Made by a program: the position numbers and the translations under genes. This document shows positions 23,928 through 34,590 of a stretch of 64,000 nucleotides of DNA, in pieces (within the stretch, counting starts at the first letter, position 1; every line of letters starts with the position of its first letter). Source of the stretch: Selaginella moellendorffii (Eukaryota; Plantae; Lycopodiophyta). The stretch lies in assembly GCF_000143415.4 (NCBI RefSeq), contig NW_003314308.1:1282654-1346653 (forward strand). Direction: 5' to 3'. Below the pieces are notes generated by a model. That model was not told the origin of the DNA. It saw nothing but the letters and a program-made list of their open reading frames with translations, and made no database searches.

Positions 23928-25696
23928 CTATAAGCCAGCTACGAAGGGTACACTCTGTGGCACCCATGAGTTGCCATTGATGAATGACTTCACCGTGAAC
24001 TTACCAGCCACCTTCTTGTCTGTGATTCCAGTCGACCATTGAACGCGTTTGCTTCTGTCAGAACCAGGGCCAGTGTTTTGATACTCACCGTAGAACAGAG
24101 TGCTGAGAGCGAAGTCTCCGTTCCACTCCAGCCATCCACGGGGTTCAATTATATCGCTGATGAACGACTTCATGAAGACTGTCCGTGAGTAGAGCTTCCA
24201 CGGCCGTCCAAGGTATGATGGATGTTGTGCAATCTCGTTCCTTAGCTCAGGAGTTGCATCTATCTTGCAGCTGATGAAAGACAGGCCCGTGGTCTGCCTC
24301 TTATCGACGCGCCCTTGTGCTGTGAAGGTGACTTGCTGGCCTGGATTGCCAACTCTGGCCAAGACGGTGCAGTTCTGGATGACAGCAGCTCCGTTACCAA
24401 AAACAAAGTCGACGGTACCCATGATGAGGCAGTCTCTGTAGAACTGGCGGAGCGTGTGCGCGTAGAGCGTGTCCTGGAAGGCCTCGAGAGAGCACCGGTA
24501 GAAGACGACTTGGTCTGCACTTACTCGAAGTGCTACGGCTTGGTGGTTGTCAGGTCCAGCGGTGTTTCTGATGGTAAGATCTCTTGCAAAGAATCCTTTT
24601 CCACTGACAACTGAAAACATACCAGGTTAGGCATGCTGGAGGCAAAGATATCAGACTTACTAACGGTTGCCGAGTTGAAAGTGGTGACACCCGACTGCTG
24701 GACGTTCTTGTTTCCTGTGATGATGGTTCGGCCGATACCGTCTCCAACCAGCATAATGTTTAAGGCCTTTTTCGGTATGATAACACTTTCTGAGTAAACT
24801 CCCGCTCTTACGTATATGACGAATGTTTTGCTGCTTTTGAGGGGTGCAGCATCTATGGCGTCTTGAATCTTCTTGAAGTCCCCATTTCCATTTTTCGCAA
24901 CGACGACGTTCGGGGTGAAATAATTTTTCTGCTGCAGCAATCGTCTCTGAGCAGCTGAGACCCACTCGGGGATGGAATCATCGCCATCGAGAACCTGGGG
25001 AGTTTCTTCGAGCAGCCGGCGGACAGGGATGGAGTGAGGCAGGGAAGGAAGCTGTGAAAAGAAGATGCTGGCCACAGCGAGAGCATTGCTCAGGATCTTG
25101 TGGGCGTAGCCTCCCTCGACATGGAGCTTGTCGCTGACAGTGCCGCTGATACCTTCGAAGCCGTCGATGCAGGTATCGTGGAAAGTTAGCGCAGAGCTGA
25201 GTGATGTCAAGAGATCGTCCACTGACGATGCTTTGCTGAGCAGGGACTTGATATCGATGGAGGCGATGGTGAGGTTGAGCTGGTCCAGAGCACCGTCGAG
25301 GTTGTCCACGCAATCAACGAGCGCGGCTTTGGTGGTGGCGTTGACTTCGCTGTTGAGGTACTCTTCCACCTTGTTCATCAAGCTCTGGATCTGCTGCTGA
25401 GCCACACGAACTGCCGACGCTGCCAGATCGTTTGGAGTGGCATTGTCCGGCGTCGAGGACGAGAGCGACGAGACACACTCCTGGGGGAAGTCCGTCTGCT
25501 GGCACGTAGCTTGGAGGAGCTTGACGCCGCCTTTGCTGCTGCCGCCTTTACCACTCCCGCTGTTCTTGTGGATCCCCACGGCGAGGCAGACCACCACCAG
25601 CACCAGGACAATGCTGGACAGGCCGATGACGAAGTACCTCTTCCTCACTCGCTTCACGTTGTGCCTGGTTTGATCGTATGGATCCATCGCCATCAT
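23928..25696 (-). CDS. PME: Type I pectin methylesterase (TM anchor + PMEI pro-domain + PME), 2 exons
   Basis: N-terminal TM, PMEI cysteines, two RRLL processing sites, QAVAL, QDTL, DFVFG, LGRPW. Intron 24611-24660. Confidence 0.96.
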
Positions 25697-26097
25697 CTTG
25701 GATCCTCGACAACGCTAGTGACGAGCTTCTTCTCAAGTTGCTCCCTCCATATATTTGTTTCTCGGGACATCGCTGGCTACGTGCGAACGTTGTCTCCACG
25801 TTGACAGGTTTTTAAAGTTTTTCCACTACGCGTTACTTCACGTTTGTGGTATTGACTCCCAAGGATTAAAAATCGTTCCCATGGTTGGAGGCATCAACTT
25901 AAGGCAGTGTTGTCACAAAGATTTAAGAAACAAAACGAATGTTTGTTGGATTCCCAGTGACGCGCGTAGTAAATCCATCGTTGTGGCGTCAAATTTAAGA
26001 AAGTGAAAGGGTACGAGTAAAGAATACAAGTAAAAGCGCTGGCTCATCTTCCGAAAGTTTTCTCTAAGTACAAGGAGTATTATGAATCTACCTAGCT

Positions 26098-26516
26098 TTA
26101 GGAGGTCGCAAGAACAATGACAAGAATCACAAGGCCCACAGTGAAGACGAGTGCCTGAGCCAAGATCACATTCATCCCAAGAGACCCAAGAGAAAAACCA
26201 GCATTTTCTTACTGCGATTGCACAGGCTGCGAATCCGGGGCGCTCCCGAAGATCTCGCTGGAATCGAGGGAAGAAGAAGACGAAGGTACCGTAGTACCAG
26301 AAGAGCGGCACGATGAAACCCAGCAAGAAGCTGCAAGATCACAGTTCCAGGAGGATCAAAATCGATGAATCAATCAATGATAAGAGAGACAAAAAAAACA
26401 AAGAGAAAATTTGCAAGAGCTTGCCTGCACCATCCAACACCGCATCCACAGCAGGGCAGCGGCTCATCCCAATCGCCATCGCCCCGCCCGCGAAGAAGGT
26501 GGTACGAGTCTGTCAT
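26098..26516 (-). CDS. Small Cys-motif membrane protein of the plant '60S ribosomal protein L18a-like' family, 3 exons
   Basis: MTDSYHLLRG...DEPLPCCGCGVGWCSFLLGFIVPLFWYYGT...RDLRERPGFAACAIAALVFT...LATS*. Intron 1 (26331-26424) is GC-AG. An in-frame TAG just upstream fixes the ATG. Confidence 0.88.
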
Positions 26517-26670
26517 CTTCGAGCCCTAAATCTCGATCCCAGCGCACTCTCACGAGGATCTCTAAAAGAGCAAGCTGGAAGTTTGGAATCAATGGAAGTT
26601 TTCGCATTATCTCAGCACCAAAACAGAGAGGAGAAAGTTAAAAGAGCCACTCAAACAGCAGGGAAAGCAC

Positions 26671-28091
26671 TCACTTGCTCAGCTCTCGGGTCACCTCCCG
26701 CGAGAGGCTGAGTTGCAACGCATTGTTCCATGCAAACAAGGTCCGAGTCACTGGAAGTTTGCGGCGGAGCTCCTGCAAGTACGTAATACGTGTGCTGGTT
26801 ATCTCTCTCCGGACAACATGGAAAACAAAGAGGATCAAACCTTGAAAGTGTTGTCTGATAGCTTTGAATAGGATTCCTGTGAACAAAAGAACGTGTAAAT
26901 GGCGGCCTGGAGAAGTAGCAAATCATACCTCTAGCGATAACAAGTACTCGGACTCTTTGCTACGGATTATATTCACCACGGCTGTTGCCACGTCCAGAGG
27001 ATTCTACGAAGGAGCAAGCAATGAACTGAATAGATTTGTCGATGGAAGGTTGAGAAACAAACCTGGAGTACGGTTGAATCCGAGCCTTCGTAGTTGGTGT
27101 CGAGTTGAACGTTTCCCTCTTCGAAATAGTGTGCATTCACGTGAACTTTGCCTGTCAGATCCACAGACTGGAGCTCTTGGTTCACTTGAATCTTCCAGGT
27201 CGATCGCCAAGAGCCACTCCTGCAGAGTGCTGATACAGTGAGGAGAGCGTAGCGATTGTCGGGCAACTTACGAAAAGTTCTGATGGCTGATCTTAGACGC
27301 AGAAATTAGAGCTGTGAGTTCAAAAGGAGCATCGTCTTCTTCAGCAGTGCTCCCAGCGGTGCAAAACACGGCGCAAGAGCCTCTTGGAAACGCCTCTTCC
27401 ACGTACTTGAGAAGCTCGGAATCTATGGCAGACCTGAAAAAAATAAGAGCTTAGAATCCAGTCACAGAAAGGAAAAATAAAAAAAACACAACGAAAGTGT
27501 TGGAGTACCTGTACTCTTCAACAAATCCAGAGGGAAGCTCCTCGTCCGTAGCTGGACGAACTTTCGTGCAAATCTAGAAACATGAATGACACGAGTTTAT
27601 GTTTCTAGTGAGCGAGTGAGAAAAGAAAAGAGAAGGAAAAGAGAAGGAAAGAGAAGGCTTGCCTGTTTGATGTGATCCACAGTTGCTACCTGCGCGGTTC
27701 TAAGATCGAGGTAGTGCGTAGAATCGAGAGCGCCACAGTTGCTAACAAGCACCTGTCAGCAAGCACAGCGCTCCTGCAAATCAGGAATTCGTCACTGGAA
27801 TTTAACAGCGAGCTCGAGAGATTTTACCTGGCCACTCCCATCCGGCAGCTCCAGGCAGATCATTTGCTCCATGTTGTAAATGGGGAATGCTTCGCTAGCC
27901 GCTTGCTGGTAGAGCTTGTCGCTCATCAAAATCTTCTGGACATCTGCGCGGCCAAGCAATAAAAAATCTTTGCTTTGCAATCGATCAATCGCTGCATTAC
28001 CTTTGGCGACCTGCTGGATCTGTCCTGGAGGCGATCGTAGCAGGAACCACTTCGCAATGCCGGCCTTGTGATCGTCCGTGGCCCCGTCCAT
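26671..28091 (-). CDS. CPA: F-actin capping protein alpha subunit, multi-exon
   Basis: IAKWFLLRSPPGQIQQVAK; AFPIYNMEQMI; YLDLRTAQVATVDHIKQ; GSWRSTW; VHVNAHYFEEGNVQLD; ELRRKLPVTRTLFAW. Confidence 0.95.
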
Positions 28092-28186
28092 GGCGCTCTA
28101 CACAAACATAAACCCTAGCTAAAGACCTAGACAAGGTATCTTCGCTTAGCACATGGAATTAGCCGATAAGCACCGGAAATGTCCAC

Positions 28187-28267
28187 GTCAGGATGGCCGA
28201 GTTGGTCTAAGGCGCTAGTTTCAGGTACTAGTCCGTAAGGGCATGGGTTCGAATCCCATTCCTGACA
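28187..28267 (+). tRNA. trnL-CAG: tRNA-Leu(CAG)
   Basis: 81 nt. Acceptor stem GTCAGGA/TCCTGAC, A-box TGGCCGAGTTGG, anticodon stem CTAGT-ttCAGgt-ACTAG, variable arm, T-arm ATGGG-TTCGAAT-CCCAT, TTTT about 10 nt downstream. Confidence 0.98.
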
Positions 28268-28482
28268 TCTGTATAAATTTTAAAGCATATTTTTAACATT
28301 ATTTATTAAATAGAACACCATAATTAGGTTCCTCAAACTTATGGTAATTTAATTTATAAATTTTTAAAAATTATAAAAATTAATCTAGGGAACTTTCCTT
28401 GTAAGTTGTAAATAGATAATAAAAAATTTTATAAAGCCTTTAGCAAAGGCAACATCACCACAATCTAAAAGTTCTTTTGGTT

Positions 28483-28565
28483 GTTACAATATATAAAAGT
28501 TCACCACCTTTAGTTAGCTTTTATGATTTCACTCCTAGTTAGCTCTAGATAGATAGTTAATTTGT
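28483..28565 (+). mobile_element. LTR fragment of the copia-like family also seen at 39.2 and 40.85 kb
   Basis: gttcaccacct...ttagct...ttagctctag matches the sequence immediately after the polypurine tracts at ~39190 and ~40840. Confidence 0.55.
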
Positions 28566-28599
28566 AAGTAGGTTTTCCAACAAAATTTATATTCATGCT

Positions 28600-29050
28600 T
28601 AAGGCTTGAGAACTTAAGGTTTTCTTATTATTATCATAAGATTTAGTTTTGTTCTTTCTCCTTTCTTCTTCACAGCTCTCTACCCTTTCAAATGTGTTAA
28701 CCCTAAGGTTTGACCCCATAGTCCTAAAAGTAGTTTTGAGAGATTTTCACCACACCTGAGTTGTGGCACACTAAGTGCATGCTTATAAAGATGATGTGAT
28801 CAGGCATCCCAATCTCTAGGATGTTTCTATAGTAGGTTTCCACTGCCTCAATTATATTACATGCCTAGTGGAAGTATAAATAACCACCACTACAATCCAT
28901 GACACCAAGTTTTGCACTAGCATTCTTTTGAACCAAACTCAAATTTTCAAGAGGAGTCCATTGCAAGTGAAGCCCACCACCATTTTTATTTAGGTAATGG
29001 CATTGTGCTCCTTAATTGCCTTGAAGAGGTTTATTGCTTCCAGTAGCAAG
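28600..29050 (-). pseudogene. Inverted, decayed copy of the C-terminal part of the PPR at 31270-32964
   Basis: Reverse complement aligns by eye to ~32360-32760 (e.g. GMPDHIIFISMHLVCHNSGVVKISQNYF* vs MMPDHIVFTSVLAACRHSGVVKMSRDYFQ), with multiple stops. Confidence 0.8.
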
Positions 29051-29429
29051 CCTTCAACTTTATTTTAGTATATAGTCTTATAAACAACCCAATAAAACTG
29101 AAAGTTTTTATCATTCAAAGCCCAAAATCATTTCAAATTACAGAATTCAAAGCTTATATCAGCCATGCACATTCAAAGTTGGGAAATCTCAATGAAATTG
29201 TTGACAAGATCATAACATATAGCAAGTTTATTGTTATGGCTTTGTTAACTGATATCTTTAAAAGAGAGTGGTATTAGCACACTTTGTATATTCATAAGAA
29301 TTATAACTATTTATAATGGTTGGTACTTCTGATTTGTGCATTAATTTTCATATTATATATAAAATCATTGTTATAGTAGAAATAAATTAGATAGAAAACT
29401 TTTATACATGTATAATAATGAATTTTAAA

Positions 29430-30630
29430 CATTCAAACTCATGCCACAAAAGGACAATTAGAGTCAATTGCAATTTTTCGCCCATTTGAATTGGTGGTGT
29501 TTGATTTTATAGGACCTTTTCCACAATTAACTATTGGTAGTGAATATGTTATTATTGCTTCTAACTATTTGATTCTTTGAGTGGAAGTTAGTGCTCTTGC
29601 TAGTGCCTTTGCAACTGCTATTGGATACTTCCTCCTCAATTAAGTGGTGTTTTAGCATTCTTATCCAGAGTGGATTCTTTCAGATAATAGTCCTACATTT
29701 ATGGCTAAGGCATTTCATGTTTTGACGTCTTGGTTGGGGATATGCCACAACTTTCACAAGTGTTTATCATCCACAATCAGATCGTTTGGTGGAACAGCTC
29801 ATTCAAACATTCAAAGGAATGATCACAAAGTATGTAAACTTTTAGCATTTGGATTTGGATGGTTATTTGCCATATCTTCGGTATACATATGTTATAGAGG
29901 TGCAAAATTCTGTTGATGTTTCACCATATAAATTCTTATATGATCATGATCCAATATTACCAATAGAGTTGGGTTTACTTTCAAAATTACCACAAACTGC
30001 CGATACTAAGTCATAGGATCAATATTTGACAAGCATTCTTCCACTTGTCTGAGCAAAATTTGCCGAACATTTAAGCCGCCTACAAATGGGACAACAATAA
30101 CATTACAACTCCCATCATCGTCCACCTGCAAAGTACAAAATAAATGACACGGTGTTAGTCCGTTTTCCCTATCTTACTATACATGGTTTATCTAAAGGGC
30201 TTCTTGCTCAATAGAAAGGATTGTATTGGGTGTTGTGGCAAGTTGGACCACAAATTTATGAAATTCGGCATAATGTCCAACAAGCCAATCTTCCAAAAAT
30301 TGTGCATGTGCAACAGTTAAAACACTTTATATAAAGGAATTAAAAACAATTGATACCACCTATAGATCTGCCAATGCCTCCTTTTAACGTTCTTCCAGAT
30401 CTCGGCCCATCTACAAGAAAATTTTAATGATCTTCTATTATTCCAAGAAGAGGGGATGATATAAGGTCCAATTGTACAACTATAATGCCATATACTAATA
30501 TTAGTGTAGTAAGATTTTGGTAGTTGTCAAATTAGTTTCAATATAAACCACTTGCTCTTGTATATAAGCGAGGGTTTTTAGGTTAATTTATATGTATATT
30601 TTCTGTATTCCCTTTCCATATTCATAATGA
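29430..30630 (+). mobile_element. Degenerate Ty3/gypsy retrotransposon: integrase, PPT and probable 3' LTR
   Basis: PFELVVFDFIGPFP...YVIIASNYF; YPEWILSDNSPTF; GPY/F-like C-terminus ending IVHVQQLK; PPT aagaagagggga at 30445-30456 followed by TG. Many stops and frameshifts. Confidence 0.85.
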
Positions 30631-31269
30631 TATTTATAAATTGTTAGTAAAATTGTATATGAACCAAATAATTTAATTAAGTTTGAGCATTATAAAAATT
30701 TATAAAATAGTTTAATTATTTAATCCATCTATTATTTTACTACTCAGACTAAAATATGAAAAACTCAAAAGTATCAAGTAAATATTTCTAATTCTTTCCG
30801 AAAGTTGTTAATAATTTCTCAAAACTTTGAATGTGATGGATCTCCTTTGAATTCTGTACTGATATGATCCTAAGATTTAAAATTTAATGTAGGAGTTGCT
30901 TCATCAGTCATCATCAACACAACAACAAGAACCCAGAAAGTTTTGTATTTATCTATCTCCAATGCCAAAGCTAGTAACTTTGACACCTGGATTTTTCTGA
31001 AGAGGAGCAGTGCACCTTCTTGCGATGAATAGAGCATTTGATTTTACACTGCTTGCAGCTGGATCTGGGCACTTGCAGCAAGAGAAATCCATCCAAGCCA
31101 CAAGAAAAAAAGGGAATTAATTGTGTCGTTCCTGATTGCGACTGCCTGCATTTGGAGTGAGGCTGCGCGATGGGGAAGAGTTTTCGCCGCGGAAAATTTC
31201 GTGGCTGGAAGCTAGAACCTGCCAGGACTTGAACCTCGGACGTCCCCATCATCCAACGGCCATGATGTG

Positions 31270-32964
31270 ATGCGCGTTCTTGGCGTCCAAGAGCTTGCCG
31301 CCCTCGTCAGATCTTGTGACAATCCCAGCGATGGCCGCCAGATCCACGCCCAGATCCTTCACAGCGACCACAAGAACAGCGTCTTCCTGCGAAATCTCCT
31401 GGTCCAGATGTATGGCCGCTGCGGCTGCCTGGAGGAAGCGCGATCGGTCTTCGATTCCACCTCGGATCGCAATCTCTTCTCTTGGAATCTCATCCTCCAG
31501 GCCTACATTCGCAACCACGACCTGGAGCAGGCGCGATCGGTCCTGGAAAGCATGCCGCAGCAGGAGATTGTGTCCAGCAACGCCATGATCTCGGCATACG
31601 CCGCGGCCGGAGACGTGCAGCGCGCCAAGCAGCTCTTCGATCACATCCCTGCCAAGAATGCCATCACCTGGAACGCGATGATCGAGATGTACTCGCAGAG
31701 TGGCAACCTCAGCGAGGCGGAGGCGGTATTCCACTCCATGCCGGAGCAAACCCTCGTTTCTAGCACCGCTATGATTGTGGCATATGCCCATAACGGGCAT
31801 CTCTCACGCGCGCGTGAGGTGTTCGATTCCCTGCCCCAAAAGGACGTGGTGGCGTGGACGGCCATGATCCAAGGCCACTGCCAGAACCAGCGGCTGGATG
31901 AAGCTAAGGATCTCTTCGATAGAATGCCCACAAGGAATGTAGTAACATGGACGACCATGATCACAGCATATGCCCAGGCAGGGCATATGGAGCAAGCAAA
32001 GAGTCTCTTTGAAGATGCCCCGGATCTTAATGAGGTGGCATTTACAGCTATGATTGACGGTTATGCATCTAACGGCTGCGTGGAAGAGGCTAAAGCTTTG
32101 TTTGAGAGGCTGCCAAAAAAAGACGTGGTGGCTTGGAACTCCATGCTTTGCGCATATGCCGAGAATGGGCATTTGGACGAGGCATTAGATTGTTTCCAAA
32201 AGATGGCTCACCGCGACGAGATCTCTTGGACGACAATGATCCATATGCTTGCCTCTAGAAACCATCTTGAAAATGCAAAGTTTATTTTCGATCGAATGCC
32301 TTACGATAGCAAGACAGCGAGCACGGCGCTCCTCTCAGCCTACCTCTGGAACGGCCACCTCCAAGAAGGGATAAGCCTCTTCCAGGCAATTGAGGAGCGC
32401 GATGCAATCTCCTGGATGGCAATGGTGGCTGGCTTTGCTCGCAAGGGACTCCTCGTGGAAGCTCAAGTTTGGTTTGAGAGAATGCCAGAGCGAGACTTGG
32501 TCTCATGGACTGCACTGGTGGCCATGTATGCTTCCACTGGGCATGTAACTGAGGCCCTGGAAACCTTCCATAGGATCATCCAGGAGAGCATGATGCCTGA
32601 TCACATTGTATTTACAAGTGTGCTTGCGGCATGCCGCCACTCGGGTGTTGTGAAGATGTCTCGGGACTACTTTCAATCAATGATCCAGGACTATGGAGTT
32701 GAACCCACGGGAGAACACTATTGTGGGCTTGTTGATGCATTTGCAAGGGCTGGAGAGCTGGAGAAGGCTGAGGAGCTCATCCACAGCATGCCATTCGAGC
32801 CCGAGAGCGTTGCTTGGGTCTCGCTGCTGGCTGCTTGCCAAAAGATCCACAAGGATCCCAAGCGTGGAGCTCGAGCTACCCAGAAACTCTCGGTGCTGGG
32901 GTTGGCCTCACAATCGAATTTCTACGTGCTACTTGGCCAGAATTATAGAAGTGTATTAACTTGA
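31270..32964 (+). CDS. PLS-class PPR protein with E domain, mostly 31-aa motifs, no DYW
   Basis: Intact intronless 564-aa ORF with repeats such as DVVAWTAMIQGHCQNQRLDEAKDLFDRMPTR. C-terminal HYCGLVDAFARAG, WVSLLAAC, FYVLL. Confidence 0.93.
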   Translation: MRVLGVQELAALVRSCDNPSDGRQIHAQILHSDHKNSVFLRNLLVQMYGRCGCLEEARSVFDSTSDRNLFSWNLILQAYIRNHDLEQARSVLESMPQQEIVSSNAMISAYAAAGDVQRAKQLFDHIPAKNAITWNAMIEMYSQSGNLSEAEAVFHSMPEQTLVSSTAMIVAYAHNGHLSRAREVFDSLPQKDVVAWTAMIQGHCQNQRLDEAKDLFDRMPTRNVVTWTTMITAYAQAGHMEQAKSLFEDAPDLNEVAFTAMIDGYASNGCVEEAKALFERLPKKDVVAWNSMLCAYAENGHLDEALDCFQKMAHRDEISWTTMIHMLASRNHLENAKFIFDRMPYDSKTASTALLSAYLWNGHLQEGISLFQAIEERDAISWMAMVAGFARKGLLVEAQVWFERMPERDLVSWTALVAMYASTGHVTEALETFHRIIQESMMPDHIVFTSVLAACRHSGVVKMSRDYFQSMIQDYGVEPTGEHYCGLVDAFARAGELEKAEELIHSMPFEPESVAWVSLLAACQKIHKDPKRGARATQKLSVLGLASQSNFYVLLGQNYRSVLT

Positions 32965-33092
32965 TATATAAAGGTTCACTATGATTAAGCTAGGGCTCAC
33001 ATTATTTCTATCAACTATGAAAAGGCCATGGGGTTATGGGGAGTGGAGTTTTGAAACACTTTGACATCACCACCAAAGAGGAGAAGAAAAAA

Positions 33093-33570
33093 ATGAAGTT
33101 GTCAGACCATTCTTTGCTACTGCCCTTAGCTTTGGAGAAGAAACCCTTCTATTGGACATGGACAAGACATTAATCGATGCTCACAAGGCCCTCAAGCTCT
33201 TTAGCGGCAAAACTATTCCCCTGCAGCACTACTTTCTGGCAAAGAGGCTAGGTGTAAATAACTTTCTAAAAGAGATGAGTAAAATATATAAGATTGTGGT
33301 TTAGCAATGAAGCCATACACAAACAAGATTTTGGACAAGCTCGACCCAGTTGGGAATCTTTTTGCCCATTGTCTCTACAAAGATTTATGCTCAACCAAGG
33401 AAGTCCGAGGGAAAAAGCTTGTGAAAAATCTCTTGAAATTAGAGTGGGACCTCAAACATACAATGATTGTGGATGACAAACTAGAATCCTTTTGCTTGCA
33501 ACCCAACAATGGAATTGTTATCTGCACATTCAAGAATAGGAAAGGGCATAAATATTATGAATTGAAGATC
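33093..33570 (+). pseudogene. NIF/SCP1-like (CTD small phosphatase, HAD) pseudogene
   Basis: TLLLDMDKTL (DxDxT), KRLGVNNFLKEMS.IY.IVV*, YTNKILDKLDP, LYKDLC, VKNL, IVDD...FCLQPNNGI. Frameshifts at ~33143 and ~33303. Confidence 0.85.
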
Positions 33571-33574
33571 AGCT

Positions 33575-34590
33575 ATGCCGATGAACTCAGCTCCTTTGCT
33601 TGAAGCTCTCAAGAGAACTGGCGAGGAGCGTGCCGCTGAGTTTCACTTCCCAAGCCACCCCTTCGATTTTCCAAGTTTCTCGGAGCTCAACTCTTCCAGT
33701 TTCATCTCCCGGAGATGCCAGGCCTAGATAACTTGCACTCGCCACAAGAAGCGCAGCAAATGGCTGCCAAGCTTTTCGGAGCAGGGTACTCGTGGTTCCC
33801 ACGTCTCGGCATTCTCTGCCATGGTTCTTGGAGTAATGCCTCACTATGTTCTTCCTTGTTATGACGAGCTCTGGGAGATTTCTCACGGTGTCTCTGCCGA
33901 GAGCATCGAGTTGGCCATCTTGGATCTGCAGAAAAGAAAAGACGTAGGAATTGGAGCTGTTCTGATTGTCTTGCCAACTTACTTTGGCGTGTGTAGCCCA
34001 GTGGACGAGATTGCAAAGGTGTGTCACAGCATGGTATCCTGATCAAAGTTGACAAGGCTCATGGAGCTCACTGCAAGTTCCACTCGAGGTTTCCTGTAAC
34101 GGCACTCGAGCAGGGAGCCGACGATGCTGTCCAATCCACACATAAGGTACTCTCGTCTCTTACTCAGTCTGGGATGCTCCATCTTGCGAGAGGCTGCGAT
34201 ATTGTAAAGCACGAGAGAATTAGCAAGTGCCTTGGAGCCTTGCAAAGCTCCAGTCCGAGTTACCTTCTCTTGGCCGCTCTCGATGCCGCAAGGGACCAGA
34301 TGAGTTGTGCAGAAAGCAATGACCATCCACTGCTTGATACAGCTCTGGAGCTGGCTTCCACAGCTCGACGACGCCTGAAACAAATCCCACAAGTTTTAGT
34401 CCTTGATAGAGAAAATGTGAGCTTGGCAGCCAAACCTGATACCATATTTGATGAGCTTAGGATCACCATTGGTTTGTGGGAGCTCAGTGTCACAGGAACT
34501 CTTGCTGATGACTTTCTGTGCGATAAATGCAAGGTGGCGGCCGAGCTTCCTCTTCTGAACTCTATAACTTTTGCTATGGGAGCCGGCACT
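33575..34590 (+). pseudogene. PLP-dependent Orn/Lys/Arg decarboxylase (fold type I) fragment
   Basis: PLLEALK...FHFP; EAQQMAAKLFGA; PTYFGVCS; VDKAHGAH; ALEQGADDAVQSTHKVLSSLTQSGMLH (PLP lysine); LQSSSPSYLLLAALDAAR. Internal deletions, frameshift at ~34025, 3' truncated. Confidence 0.85.
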
